DNA from: a virus
Lineage: Duplodnaviria > Heunggongvirae > Uroviricota > Caudoviricetes
DNA: 64,000 bases
Reading direction: 5' to 3' (one strand)
IMG/VR virus record: IMGVR_UViG_3300020049_016248
In this document: in pieces, positions 18,421-25,944 of the stretch
Numbering within the stretch: position 1 is the first letter of the stretch
Layout: the number at the start of each line of letters is the position of its first letter
Position numbers and translations under genes: made by a program
Notes under the pieces: model-generated
What the model saw: the letters and a program-made list of their open reading frames with translations, nothing else
What the model was told of the DNA's origin: nothing
Database searches by the model: none

Positions 18421-18446
18421 ACGTTTTTTGTTATTTTCGGTAGGAA

Positions 18447-18472
18447 GTTTACAAGTTTAACCATATCTTTAG
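18447..18472 (+). promoter_or_regulatory. promoter-like motif GTTTAC-N11-TATCTTTAG (copy 2)
   Basis: Exact motif; followed by conserved ATTATAAATTAAAAC and an ATG at 18497. Confidence 0.5.
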
Positions 18473-18496
18473 ATTATAAATTAAAACATATAGCAA

Positions 18497-18834
18497 TGAG
18501 TTATAAAAAATTCAAAATGACTGAAGAAGAGTTTATCGATTATTGCGAATCTCTTACTGAACAAGAATTGAAAAGATTTCAATTAGAGTCAAAAAAGGAT
18601 GATATTCAAAGAGCACACCATTGGCTTTATATTGCATGTATTACAATGGTTTTAGCATCATTTTCTACAAACTGGGCTAAACATGTAGCAGATTCTACAT
18701 TATTATATGTTACTTGCTTTATAATTACAATAGTTTCAATTTTTTTCGTTTTCGGTTTACTTAAAAGAATAAAACAAGAAAAATTAATGTATAAAATGTT
18801 AGAAATTTTCTACAAAGAAAACAATATCCTTTAA
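18497..18834 (+). CDS. hypothetical membrane protein (the ORF-track start at 18412 is probably too early)
   Basis: First ATG downstream of the promoter-like motif; two TM helices. Confidence 0.45.
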
Positions 18835-18836
18835 TC

Positions 18837-19016
18837 ATGGCAAAGAAAAAAGAAATTATCAAATTTGACCCCGAAGAAGTTAGAAAAGGGTTAAAAGGTA
18901 TTCGCAGACAAGAAGAAATTGATAACCAATTGCGAATACCTACTCATACTGTTCAAAAAAGTAAAAAAGAATACACTCGTAAACGTAAACATAAGAAAAA
19001 TTTTGAAGTTGAATAA
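18837..19016 (+). CDS. small basic protein (59 aa)
   Basis: ATG 18837 to TAA 19014-19016. K/R-rich. Below the ORF-track length cutoff. Confidence 0.3.
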   Translation: MAKKKEIIKFDPEEVRKGLKGIRRQEEIDNQLRIPTHTVQKSKKEYTRKRKHKKNFEVE

Positions 19017-19023
19017 TTTTATA

Positions 19024-19032
19024 TATCTTTAG
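19024..19032 (+). promoter_or_regulatory. variant promoter-like -7 box TATCTTTAG (upstream hexamer GTTGAA) ahead of the cassette array
   Basis: Matches the 3' half of the repeated promoter motif. Confidence 0.3.
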
Positions 19033-19066
19033 TAAAAAATAAATTTAAAGTTCTGAACCTCGCATT

Positions 19067-19086
19067 ACATATACACCTTGTTATAC
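19067..19086 (+). repeat. isolated 3' box ACACCTTGTTATAC (core-site-like GTTATAC) at the head of the array; possible attI-like boundary
   Basis: Almost identical to the 3' end of element D (tacaccttgttatatgc) and followed by the same cacggtttattaatg. Confidence 0.35.
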
Positions 19087-19144
19087 ACAGTACGGTTTAT
19101 TAATGTTGAATGCTGATACAAAGAATAATTAAAATTAAAAAAAT

Positions 19145-19477
19145 ATGCACAAACAAAAGGAAGTAAAAATAAATGTTGATGATAAAATACAACCACTAAT
19201 TCAATTTATATTTGATAGATTAACTGGTTTGATACCAATAGCATCTTGTATAGGTGGAGATGAATCACAAAACGAAAGTATGGATTGTTATATACTACTA
19301 ATAGTTAGGAATCATAATCATCTAAATCATCTAATGGATTTATGTTCATCTTGGCATTGTCAGTATATCAAACCAAATGGTGAAACTGGAAATGTACCAA
19401 CATATAGAATAAGTATTTCTAATTTAAACGATGTGTTGGATAAATTGAATTTGATAGATGAAAATTATATTTTTTAA
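19145..19477 (+). CDS. cassette-like small ORF 1, hypothetical
   Basis: 110 aa. Confidence 0.45.
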   Translation: MHKQKEVKINVDDKIQPLIQFIFDRLTGLIPIASCIGGDESQNESMDCYILLIVRNHNHLNHLMDLCSSWHCQYIKPNGETGNVPTYRISISNLNDVLDKLNLIDENYIF

Positions 19478-19591
19478 TTTACACCGAACTTAATTTGATA
19501 CACGAATATAGTATTGTGTATAACGTTCGGGCGGTTGGCGTTCGTTGCCGACTTTGGAACAAGAAACTTTAACTTTAAAAATAAATTTGAT

Positions 19592-19834
19592 ATGGAAAAC
19601 AAAACTTCAACAAGCCACGAAAACGGCAATGACGCTAACCGCTTGTTAGCACCAGTTATTTTTTGGCAACGCTTTGACCAAGTTAAACCACAAGGCGATG
19701 CGGAATATTTGGTGTGCAATACAGATGGCGTTATTCGAGTTAGTTACTTTGATGGCAAAGATTGGGGATATTTAGCTATTGTAAAAGAAAATATTACGCA
19801 TTGGTCAATACTTCCGAGTGTGCCAGTCATATAA
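19592..19834 (+). CDS. cassette-like small ORF 2, hypothetical (start moved to the first ATG)
   Basis: MENKTSTSHENG...; the ORF-track start at 19514 lies within the intergenic repeat. Confidence 0.4.
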   Translation: MENKTSTSHENGNDANRLLAPVIFWQRFDQVKPQGDAEYLVCNTDGVIRVSYFDGKDWGYLAIVKENITHWSILPSVPVI

Positions 19835-19839
19835 TTGGT

Positions 19840-19930
19840 GCTAACGGTTGGCAATATATGTAGTTGCCATGCACGAACTTAAAAATTAAATATAAACCTT
19901 AATAGGCAATTACATATATTGCTTGTTAGC
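19840..19930 (+). repeat. attC-like imperfect palindromic element B (GCTAACGG...GCTTGTTAGC)
   Basis: 5' box GCTAAC and 3' box GTTAGC are complementary. Inner arms ggcaatatatgtagttgcc / ggcaattacatatattgc with a ~37-nt loop. Extrahelical bases lie between the boxes. Confidence 0.55.
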
Positions 19931-19943
19931 AAATCGTAAAATT

Positions 19944-20099
19944 ATGGCATCAGAGAAGAAAAAACGTAAAGCAGATAAAAGACTTCATTGGGGTAGAGGT
20001 AAGAACTTCATGAAGTGGGTTGGTAAAGGCATCAAAGGTCTTTGTTATTTCACATCATCTCAAAGACAAGCAGATAAGAAGTTCGACATTGACGAATAA
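19944..20099 (+). CDS. cassette-like small ORF 3 (51 aa, basic)
   Basis: ATG 19944 to TAA 20097-20099. Not in the ORF track (<60 aa). Confidence 0.35.
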   Translation: MASEKKKRKADKRLHWGRGKNFMKWVGKGIKGLCYFTSSQRQADKKFDIDE

Positions 20100-20109
20100 T
20101 TTTATGTTT

Positions 20110-20201
20110 GCTAACGGTCGGCAATATGAAATGGTTGCCTTGTAAGACGTTTAAAATTTAGTAATAGCCTATCGGCAACTTTTTTATATTGCTTGTTAGG
20201 C
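20110..20201 (+). repeat. attC-like element C (GCTAACGG...GCTTGTTAGGC)
   Basis: Same architecture as element B, with a different stem sequence. Confidence 0.55.
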
Positions 20202-20216
20202 ACAGTAATTTATCAA

Positions 20217-20474
20217 ATGAAAATATATCAAACAAATGCAGCACTTGGTTATAGACAACTTGCATTTCTAATTAGATTAGATAAAAGTGCGAATGGACAC
20301 AACTACCTATGTATAGGCACACAAAATATTAATGACAACGAAATGTATCAAATTGGTAAAATAGTTGAAGATTTAGAAGATTTTTATTTGGAAGATACAA
20401 CTTTCAAAATAACTGATTCTGAATTAAACGGAACTTATCTGTTTGATTACTGGGTTTCTCATTATTGTGCCTAA
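20217..20474 (+). CDS. cassette-like small ORF 4, hypothetical
   Basis: First ATG after element C; the ORF-track TTG start lies inside the repeat. Confidence 0.45.
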   Translation: MKIYQTNAALGYRQLAFLIRLDKSANGHNYLCIGTQNINDNEMYQIGKIVEDLEDFYLEDTTFKITDSELNGTYLFDYWVSHYCA

Positions 20475-20564
20475 CGGTTGGGTGTATGAGAAGGTTTGCT
20501 TAGATGAACTTTCAAATTAATACAAATACATGTAGCAAACTTTCTTATACACCTTGTTATATGC
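20469..20564 (+). repeat. attC-like element D (GCCTAACGG...CCTTGTTATATGC)
   Basis: 5' box overlaps the stop codon of ORF 4. 20-bp stem ggtgtatgagaaggtttgct / agcaaactttcttatacacc with a 33-nt loop. Confidence 0.55.
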
Positions 20565-20579
20565 TTGCACGGTTTATTA

Positions 20580-20930
20580 ATGATAAAATTAATTAAAATG
20601 AAAAAGTTTAAATTTGAAGATTTACAATTAATTAATGTAGGCGATATTTATGCTATTACTTATAACGATAAAATAATTACCCTTGAAGGTAAAACCACAT
20701 TTTCGACAATAAGTAATGCGAAAAATATGCTTCAAAAAGTATTAACTGCTAATTATCATCAAGGACATTATTGGCACAAAGGTAAAGAAAATACCTTTTC
20801 TGATGAAGGTGGGCATATGAGAAACGGGGGTGTTATGGCTGGTTTGGATAAAATATTTAAAAAATTAGGCAAAGAACTAACTGAAGAATTACTTTCTAAT
20901 GGCGTTTTTGTGATTAAAAAAATACAATAG
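20580..20930 (+). CDS. cassette-like small ORF 5, hypothetical
   Basis: The ORF-track start at 20565 is TTG inside the repeat; first ATG at 20580. Confidence 0.45.
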   Translation: MIKLIKMKKFKFEDLQLINVGDIYAITYNDKIITLEGKTTFSTISNAKNMLQKVLTANYHQGHYWHKGKENTFSDEGGHMRNGGVMAGLDKIFKKLGKELTEELLSNGVFVIKKIQ

Positions 20931-20959
20931 TAATTTAGTAGCACGTTTGTAGTGCTTGC

Positions 20960-21052
20960 ATATAACGGCTTGGTGTATGAGAAGGTTTGCTTTGATGAAC
21001 TTCAAATTTACACTGAACTTGATAGCAAACTTTCTCATACACCTTGTTATAG
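20960..21052 (+). repeat. attC-like element E (ATATAACGG...CCTTGTTATAG), close paralog of element D
   Basis: Stem sequence nearly identical to D; loop diverged. Confidence 0.55.
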
Positions 21053-21096
21053 TTAGTTTTATTTTTTATTTTACAAAATTATAAATTTTCATAGAT

Positions 21097-21396
21097 ATGA
21101 CTGAAGAACAAATGAAAGAATATGTAGTAAATGGTGGAAAACTTTTTACTATCACTTTGATTGACACTATTAGAGATGGTGGAACAAAGATTATAAAAAC
21201 AACAAAAGACGATTATTATATCCATAAGGATAGTAAAAAGTTTCATTCTGGTTACACACCAAGTGAAGAAAATTTAATAACAGATTTTTTGTTAATAGAA
21301 TACTTGGTTGAACGAATTGAAACATACATCAAAAGATGTGTGGAAGATGTTGAACGAAACAAAAATCTGTTAATAGAAATTCAAAATAAAAAATAA
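21097..21396 (+). CDS. cassette-like small ORF 6, hypothetical
   Basis: 99 aa. Confidence 0.45.
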   Translation: MTEEQMKEYVVNGGKLFTITLIDTIRDGGTKIIKTTKDDYYIHKDSKKFHSGYTPSEENLITDFLLIEYLVERIETYIKRCVEDVERNKNLLIEIQNKK

Positions 21397-21402
21397 TATT
21401 AA

Positions 21403-21474
21403 CTATAACGGTTCGCAGATAAGCGAAGGCAAAGATTTAGAAACTAAAATTTTAACTTAAAAACAGAATATAAT
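21403..21474 (+). repeat. degenerate or partial attC-like element F (CTATAACGG + short hairpin ttcgc/gcgaa + loop-like motif), no clear 3' box
   Basis: Shares the 5' box and the gaaactaaaattttaacttaaaa loop-like motif with element B. Confidence 0.35.
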
Positions 21475-21723
21475 ATGAAAACGAGAACATCAATTTACCA
21501 CCGCACCTTTGCTTTTGCTTATGTGCTGTTAGTAGCTGTTATTTTTTGCGGTTGCGAAGGTAACGTAGAGCAGAAATCAACACCATATAGGCTTAGTGGC
21601 GGTCTTAATGTAGAAATAGTGATAATTGATAGTTGCGAATACATCATAATAAATGGTGGAAATGCAACTTGGGGAAGCCACAAAGGGAACTGTAAATTTT
21701 GTGCAGAACGTAGCAAAAAATAA
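21475..21723 (+). CDS. cassette-like small ORF 7, putative secreted protein or lipoprotein
   Basis: N-terminal hydrophobic segment ending in CGCEGN. Confidence 0.45.
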   Translation: MKTRTSIYHRTFAFAYVLLVAVIFCGCEGNVEQKSTPYRLSGGLNVEIVIIDSCEYIIINGGNATWGSHKGNCKFCAERSKK

Positions 21724-21726
21724 TTG

Positions 21727-21823
21727 CTACTAACGTTTTGCGTATATACGAGGTACGCCTTAACGAAAATTTCAAATTATAAACAAATGCTTGTAGGCGT
21801 ATCTTGTATATACGCTGTTAGGC
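21727..21823 (+). repeat. attC-like element G (CTACTAACG...CTGTTAGGC)
   Basis: Arms gcgtatatacgaggtacgcc / ggcgtatcttgtatatacgc; 3' box GTTAGGC fits the integron core GTTRRRY. Confidence 0.55.
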
Positions 21824-21835
21824 GAAGTACTTATT

Positions 21836-22075
21836 ATGGATTTTAGAAAAACATTAAAATACCTACGCATTGTGCAAACGGTATCAAACGAAGAAAGGCA
21901 CAAACAAGGATTGAAAAGATTAGGTCGTGGCTATTTCAATGCACACAGATTTAACCCTTACAATCCGCTTAGTTACATAGCACTCATTATTATACTAATT
22001 GTAGGTATATTAATGTTTGGCTTTGTCGGATTTTGGAAAGAAACTACAACGCTCAATCCGTTTCGGTGGGATTAG
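21836..22075 (+). CDS. cassette-like small ORF 8, membrane protein
   Basis: 79 aa with one strong TM helix. Confidence 0.45.
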   Translation: MDFRKTLKYLRIVQTVSNEERHKQGLKRLGRGYFNAHRFNPYNPLSYIALIIILIVGILMFGFVGFWKETTTLNPFRWD

Positions 22076-22081
22076 TATTTC

Positions 22082-22161
22082 GCCTAACGGTATCAAGCTA
22101 AAAGCTGACCGCCTTTATAAGCGGTTTGGTGATGGCGGTTTGATTTTAGGTTGTGTTATAT
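22082..22161 (+). repeat. attC-like element H (GCCTAACGG...GTGTTATAT), more degenerate
   Basis: 5' box GCCTAAC fits the inverse-core RYYYAAC; internal hairpin accgcctttataagcggt. Confidence 0.4.
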
Positions 22162-22183
22162 TTAGGTTTTTAAATTTTTAGCG

Positions 22184-22393
22184 ATGGAAGAAATGATAAA
22201 TTGTAAATGCGAAAAATGCGGAGTTGATTACGAGAAACCTGCAACTTTCAAAAAATGGAATGAAGAAAATACAAACGTGTTTTTTAGATGGAGTTTAGCA
22301 TTTTGCGATATGTGCAGGCGAGAAAAAGAACGTGAAGCATTGAAAGCATTACCAAATGTTTTGAGTGCGTTGGCAGAAAATTTAAAAACTTGA
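22184..22393 (+). CDS. cassette-like small ORF 9, zinc-ribbon-like protein
   Basis: CKCEKCG...CDMCRRE, two CxxC pairs. Confidence 0.45.
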   Translation: MEEMINCKCEKCGVDYEKPATFKKWNEENTNVFFRWSLAFCDMCRREKEREALKALPNVLSALAENLKT

Positions 22394-22455
22394 ATATAAC
22401 ATAAATATATAACAACTGTCTTTTAAAACAGTAATAAAATTAACAGTTTTAAGTC

Positions 22456-23271
22456 ATGGAAACACTCATTGAAAGTAAAGTTAATCGATTTGTTGAAAAG
22501 TTAGAGTTAAAACGTTACTCTAAAAACACAAAAAATATATATCTTTCAAACTTTAAATCTTTTTTAAACTATTTTAAAGGAGATATAGATAATTTAAAAG
22601 ATTCAGATATTTGTAATTATATTTTAACACAATCTAAAAACAAGTCGTACTCTTATCAAAATGTGTTAACAAATACTATTAAATTTTATTACGAAAAGGT
22701 AAATTATAGAAAAAGAAGGTTTTATAAAATAGAAAGACCTAAACAAGAAAGAAAGTTACCACAAGTGATTTCTAAAGAAGAAGTTTTAAAATCTATAGAG
22801 TTAATACCTAATTTAAAACATAAAGCAATAATTTCACTAGCTTTTTCTACTGGAATGAGAGTAAGTGAGATATGTAATTTGAAAATAGTAGATATTGATT
22901 CAAAGAGAATGATTTTAAGAATTTTAGATAGTAAAGGTAAAAAAGATAGAATAGTTCCTTTATCTGAAAGTATACTAACTTTGTTGAGAAGTTATTGGCA
23001 AGAATATAAACCTAAATTTTATTTATTTGAATCCTATAAACCTGGGGTTAAATATTCGACAGCGAGTTGTAGACAAATATGGAATAAATATAAAATAAAT
23101 AAGCAAAGTACTTTTCACACTCTTAGACATAGTTTTGCTACAACTATGTTAGAAAATAAAACTGATATTAGGACAATTCAAAGACTTTTAGGTCATTCTA
23201 ATTTGAAAACAACAGAAATATATACCCACGTTTCTACTGATTATTTGAAAACTTTAAAGTTACCTATATAA
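22456..23271 (+). CDS. tyrosine site-specific recombinase (XerC/XerD-like size, 271 aa)
   Basis: Catalytic residues in order: R (GMRVSE), K, HxxR (HTLRHSFAT), H (LGHSNL), Y (EIYTHV). N-terminal SAM-like core-binding domain. Confidence 0.8.
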   Translation: METLIESKVNRFVEKLELKRYSKNTKNIYLSNFKSFLNYFKGDIDNLKDSDICNYILTQSKNKSYSYQNVLTNTIKFYYEKVNYRKRRFYKIERPKQERKLPQVISKEEVLKSIELIPNLKHKAIISLAFSTGMRVSEICNLKIVDIDSKRMILRILDSKGKKDRIVPLSESILTLLRSYWQEYKPKFYLFESYKPGVKYSTASCRQIWNKYKINKQSTFHTLRHSFATTMLENKTDIRTIQRLLGHSNLKTTEIYTHVSTDYLKTLKLPI

Positions 23272-23297
23272 ACATATTGATTTTATTAAGGTTTGAA

Positions 23298-23323
23298 GTT
23301 TACTAATTATACTGTATCTTTAG
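23298..23323 (+). promoter_or_regulatory. promoter-like motif GTTTAC-N11-TATCTTTAG (copy 3)
   Basis: Exact motif plus the conserved GTTATAAATTTAAAAC extension; ATG at 23347. Confidence 0.5.
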
Positions 23324-23346
23324 GTTATAAATTTAAAACCAATAAA

Positions 23347-23913
23347 ATGAATAAATCAGTAAACAAATCAGCAAAAGAAGAAGTTGCAGACTTCTTAGAA
23401 GGTAAACCATTCTTGAATTCAAGACAAGCTTATCGTGCATTTAAAACTGCTAACCCAACATCAAAAGTAAGCCAAGGGTATTTCTACACCTTATTTACAA
23501 CTTTCGGTGACAAGGAAACTAAAGCATCAAAAGTAATTGATTTTATCAAACCAGAAATCTACGGTAATTGCTCTAAAGCTTACAAAGCTTATTGTGCTGA
23601 CACTGAAGAAGGTAAGAGAGTTGTATTTGCATACTTCTTAACTAACTGGAAGAAAGAATTAGGTATTGTTGGTTCAGCAAAAATCAAAAAAGAAAAAGTA
23701 GCTAAAAAAGAGAAAGTTGTTAAAGCAAAACAACCAAAAATTACACGTGCGGTTGTTGAAGTTAAAAACTTATCAGCTAAACAAATTTTAGCTAAAATTG
23801 CAGAACACGACAAAGCTTCTAAAATTTTAAATTTCAACGTGAAAAACAAAGCACGTATTTTAAAAGAAGCAATTTCTTTCTTTCAAACAAAAGGATTTGA
23901 AGTAATTGCTTAA
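23347..23913 (+). CDS. lysine-rich histone H1-like / DNA-binding protein (start adjusted)
   Basis: KKEKVAKKEKVVKAKQPK low-complexity basic region; the ORF-track start at 23293 overlaps the promoter motif. Confidence 0.45.
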   Translation: MNKSVNKSAKEEVADFLEGKPFLNSRQAYRAFKTANPTSKVSQGYFYTLFTTFGDKETKASKVIDFIKPEIYGNCSKAYKAYCADTEEGKRVVFAYFLTNWKKELGIVGSAKIKKEKVAKKEKVVKAKQPKITRAVVEVKNLSAKQILAKIAEHDKASKILNFNVKNKARILKEAISFFQTKGFEVIA

Positions 23914-23977
23914 AGCATTACCCAGGAAGTCGAAAAGGGGTATACTAGAGTAGACAATTACAAATATTTTTAAGAAT

Positions 23978-24256
23978 ATGTGGAAAGTAATAACTTTTGA
24001 ATTAATTCCGTTTCTTTTAATTATTTTATTTATTACTGAGATTGCAATCCCATTACTTTTCGGGAAACCACTTTTTGGTTCTTTTCGCAAAACAAAAAAA
24101 GAACCAAAAGATGAAAGTTCAATTGATTCTAAAATTGAAACGACTTCAAGTGAGTATGAAAAGGTAAAGGAAAAAGCAAAAGAAGTAAAGAGTGAAATTC
24201 AAAAAGAATCAGAAAGAGTGAAAGACTGGGAACAAAAAGCGAATGACCTACCGTAA
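23978..24256 (+). CDS. small membrane-anchored acidic protein
   Basis: N-terminal TM helix, then an E/K-rich tail. Confidence 0.4.
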   Translation: MWKVITFELIPFLLIILFITEIAIPLLFGKPLFGSFRKTKKEPKDESSIDSKIETTSSEYEKVKEKAKEVKSEIQKESERVKDWEQKANDLP

Positions 24257-24357
24257 CCAGTTAAAGTAAAAAAAAGGTATTAGTTGAATGTCTTTTTAAT
24301 ACATTTAGGTCTAAATTAAAAGTGAAAATAATTATTAACTAAAAACAAAAAGCAAAG

Positions 24358-25551
24358 ATGAAAAATCTTAATCTAAAAAAAGTATTGTTCCTCGCAATTG
24401 GAATTATCGGCTTAGTTTTCTTGATTGGATACGCAGGTTCCATTGGAGAAGAAGTAAAAGCTGGTGAAATTGTTGTAATTCAAAAACCAGTATCTGGTGA
24501 ATTATCTGTACACACAAAACCAGGTTGGGTGTGGCAACATTTTGGTATTGCTACTCATTACAAAAAATCTTTCCAATTCTGGTTTACCAAACCAACTGAA
24601 AAAGATGGAGTAGATAACTCTATAAAAGTTCGTTTTAACGATGGTGGTTATGCTAACATTTCTGGTTCAGTTCGTGTTGACCTTCCACTTGACCAGGTTG
24701 CAATATTGAATTTACATACGAAGTTTGGTTCTCAAGAAGCTATTGAACACCAGCTTGTAAAAACAGTATTAGAAAAATCTATCTATATGACAGGTCCACT
24801 AATGAGCTCTGCTGAATCTTATGCTGAGAAACGTAATAGTTTACTAAGTTATATTGAAGACCAAGCAACACAAGGTGTGTATAAAACGGTAACGAAGACA
24901 ATTAAAACTATCGACCCTATATCAGGAGCTGAAAAAACTACTTCTGTCGTTGAAATTGTTGTAAATAATAACATGCCGCAGCGTCAAGAAAAATCACCAA
25001 TATCAGAAACTCATATTAAATTATCTGGTCTTGCTTTGAATAGTATTGATTATGATGCAACTGTTGAAAAACAAATTTCCGCTCAGCAACAAGCTGTTAT
25101 GCAAGTTCAAACTGCTATTGCTAACTCAAAAAGAGCTGAACAAGATGCCTTAACTGCTGCTAAACAAGGTGAAGCTTCTGCTGCTAAAGCTAAGTGGGAC
25201 CAAGAAGTTATCAAAGCTAAAGTATTAACTGAAGCTCAACAAGAATTAGAAAAACAAAAACTTGCCACTCAACAAGCTGTACTTTACAAGCAACAATTAA
25301 TACTTGAAGGTGAAGGTGAAGCTACTAAACAAAAGTTGATTATGCAAGCGAATGGTGCCTTAGATCAAAAACTTGAAGCTTATAAAACAGTTCAAAAATA
25401 TTGGGCAGATGCATTCTCTAAATACCCAGGAGCTATAGTGCCAATGATCCAAACAGGTGGTAATTCATCAGGAAATGGAGCATTGAATTTTGCAGAACTC
25501 ATGTCAATGAAAGCAGCAAAAGATTTAGCTCTTGATTTAAAAAATAAATAA
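24358..25551 (+). CDS. SPFH/band-7 (flotillin/YqiK-like) membrane protein
   Basis: N-terminal TM helix; SPFH-like core (GEIVVIQKPVSGELSVHTKPGWVW); Ala/Gln-rich C-terminal coiled coil. Confidence 0.5.
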   Translation: MKNLNLKKVLFLAIGIIGLVFLIGYAGSIGEEVKAGEIVVIQKPVSGELSVHTKPGWVWQHFGIATHYKKSFQFWFTKPTEKDGVDNSIKVRFNDGGYANISGSVRVDLPLDQVAILNLHTKFGSQEAIEHQLVKTVLEKSIYMTGPLMSSAESYAEKRNSLLSYIEDQATQGVYKTVTKTIKTIDPISGAEKTTSVVEIVVNNNMPQRQEKSPISETHIKLSGLALNSIDYDATVEKQISAQQQAVMQVQTAIANSKRAEQDALTAAKQGEASAAKAKWDQEVIKAKVLTEAQQELEKQKLATQQAVLYKQQLILEGEGEATKQKLIMQANGALDQKLEAYKTVQKYWADAFSKYPGAIVPMIQTGGNSSGNGALNFAELMSMKAAKDLALDLKNK

Positions 25552-25571
25552 AAAGTACATAAATAAAAAAA

Positions 25572-25600
25572 CCTTGAGAACACTCTCAAGGTTTTTTTTT
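25572..25600 (+). terminator. rho-independent terminator (ccttgaga-acac-tctcaagg + T9)
   Basis: 8-bp perfect stem and 4-nt loop immediately followed by nine T. Confidence 0.8.
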
Positions 25601-25608
25601 AATCTATT

Positions 25609-25944
25609 ATGAAAAAAATAACTTTCACAAACGTTTATATAAAACGAGTTTTCGATTCGACTTGCAGTATGTATTATATTGTGAAAGGTCAAGGATTACA
25701 TCATAATGGGTTAGTTTATCATCAAGAGTCTCGTTCTTGTCTAGAAACTTATTTTATTGCTAATATAAGTTACAACATTGATACAAAGACTTATCAACTT
25801 GAATCGAAAGATTCAGTTTTACCACCTACAATAGTACAAATTGCAGAATCAGGAGCTCGAGTTGCTGACCTTTTAAGAAAAGAAGGGTTTTACAGAGCAG
25901 AATATAGTTTACAAGGTTTCACTTTTTCAAACTTAAATAACTAA
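25609..25944 (+). CDS. hypothetical protein
   Basis: 111 aa. Confidence 0.45.
   Translation: MKKITFTNVYIKRVFDSTCSMYYIVKGQGLHHNGLVYHQESRSCLETYFIANISYNIDTKTYQLESKDSVLPPTIVQIAESGARVADLLRKEGFYRAEYSLQGFTFSNLNN

Noticed and set aside
19474-19719. Minus-strand ORF across the first cassette junction
   Set aside because: Overlaps a + strand cassette ORF and the intergenic repeat. No support.
19840-22161. Considered whether the repeated ~90-bp elements form a CRISPR array
   Set aside because: Repeat units are not identical (only the terminal boxes and architecture are shared). The spacers are 150-370 bp protein-coding ORFs, not 30-40 bp. No cas genes.
22456-23271. Calling the recombinase a bona fide integron integrase (IntI)
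   Set aside because: Size and spacing between the LVPL block and HxxR resemble XerC/D more than IntI. The IntI-specific insertion cannot be confirmed from sequence alone, so it is kept as a generic tyrosine recombinase.
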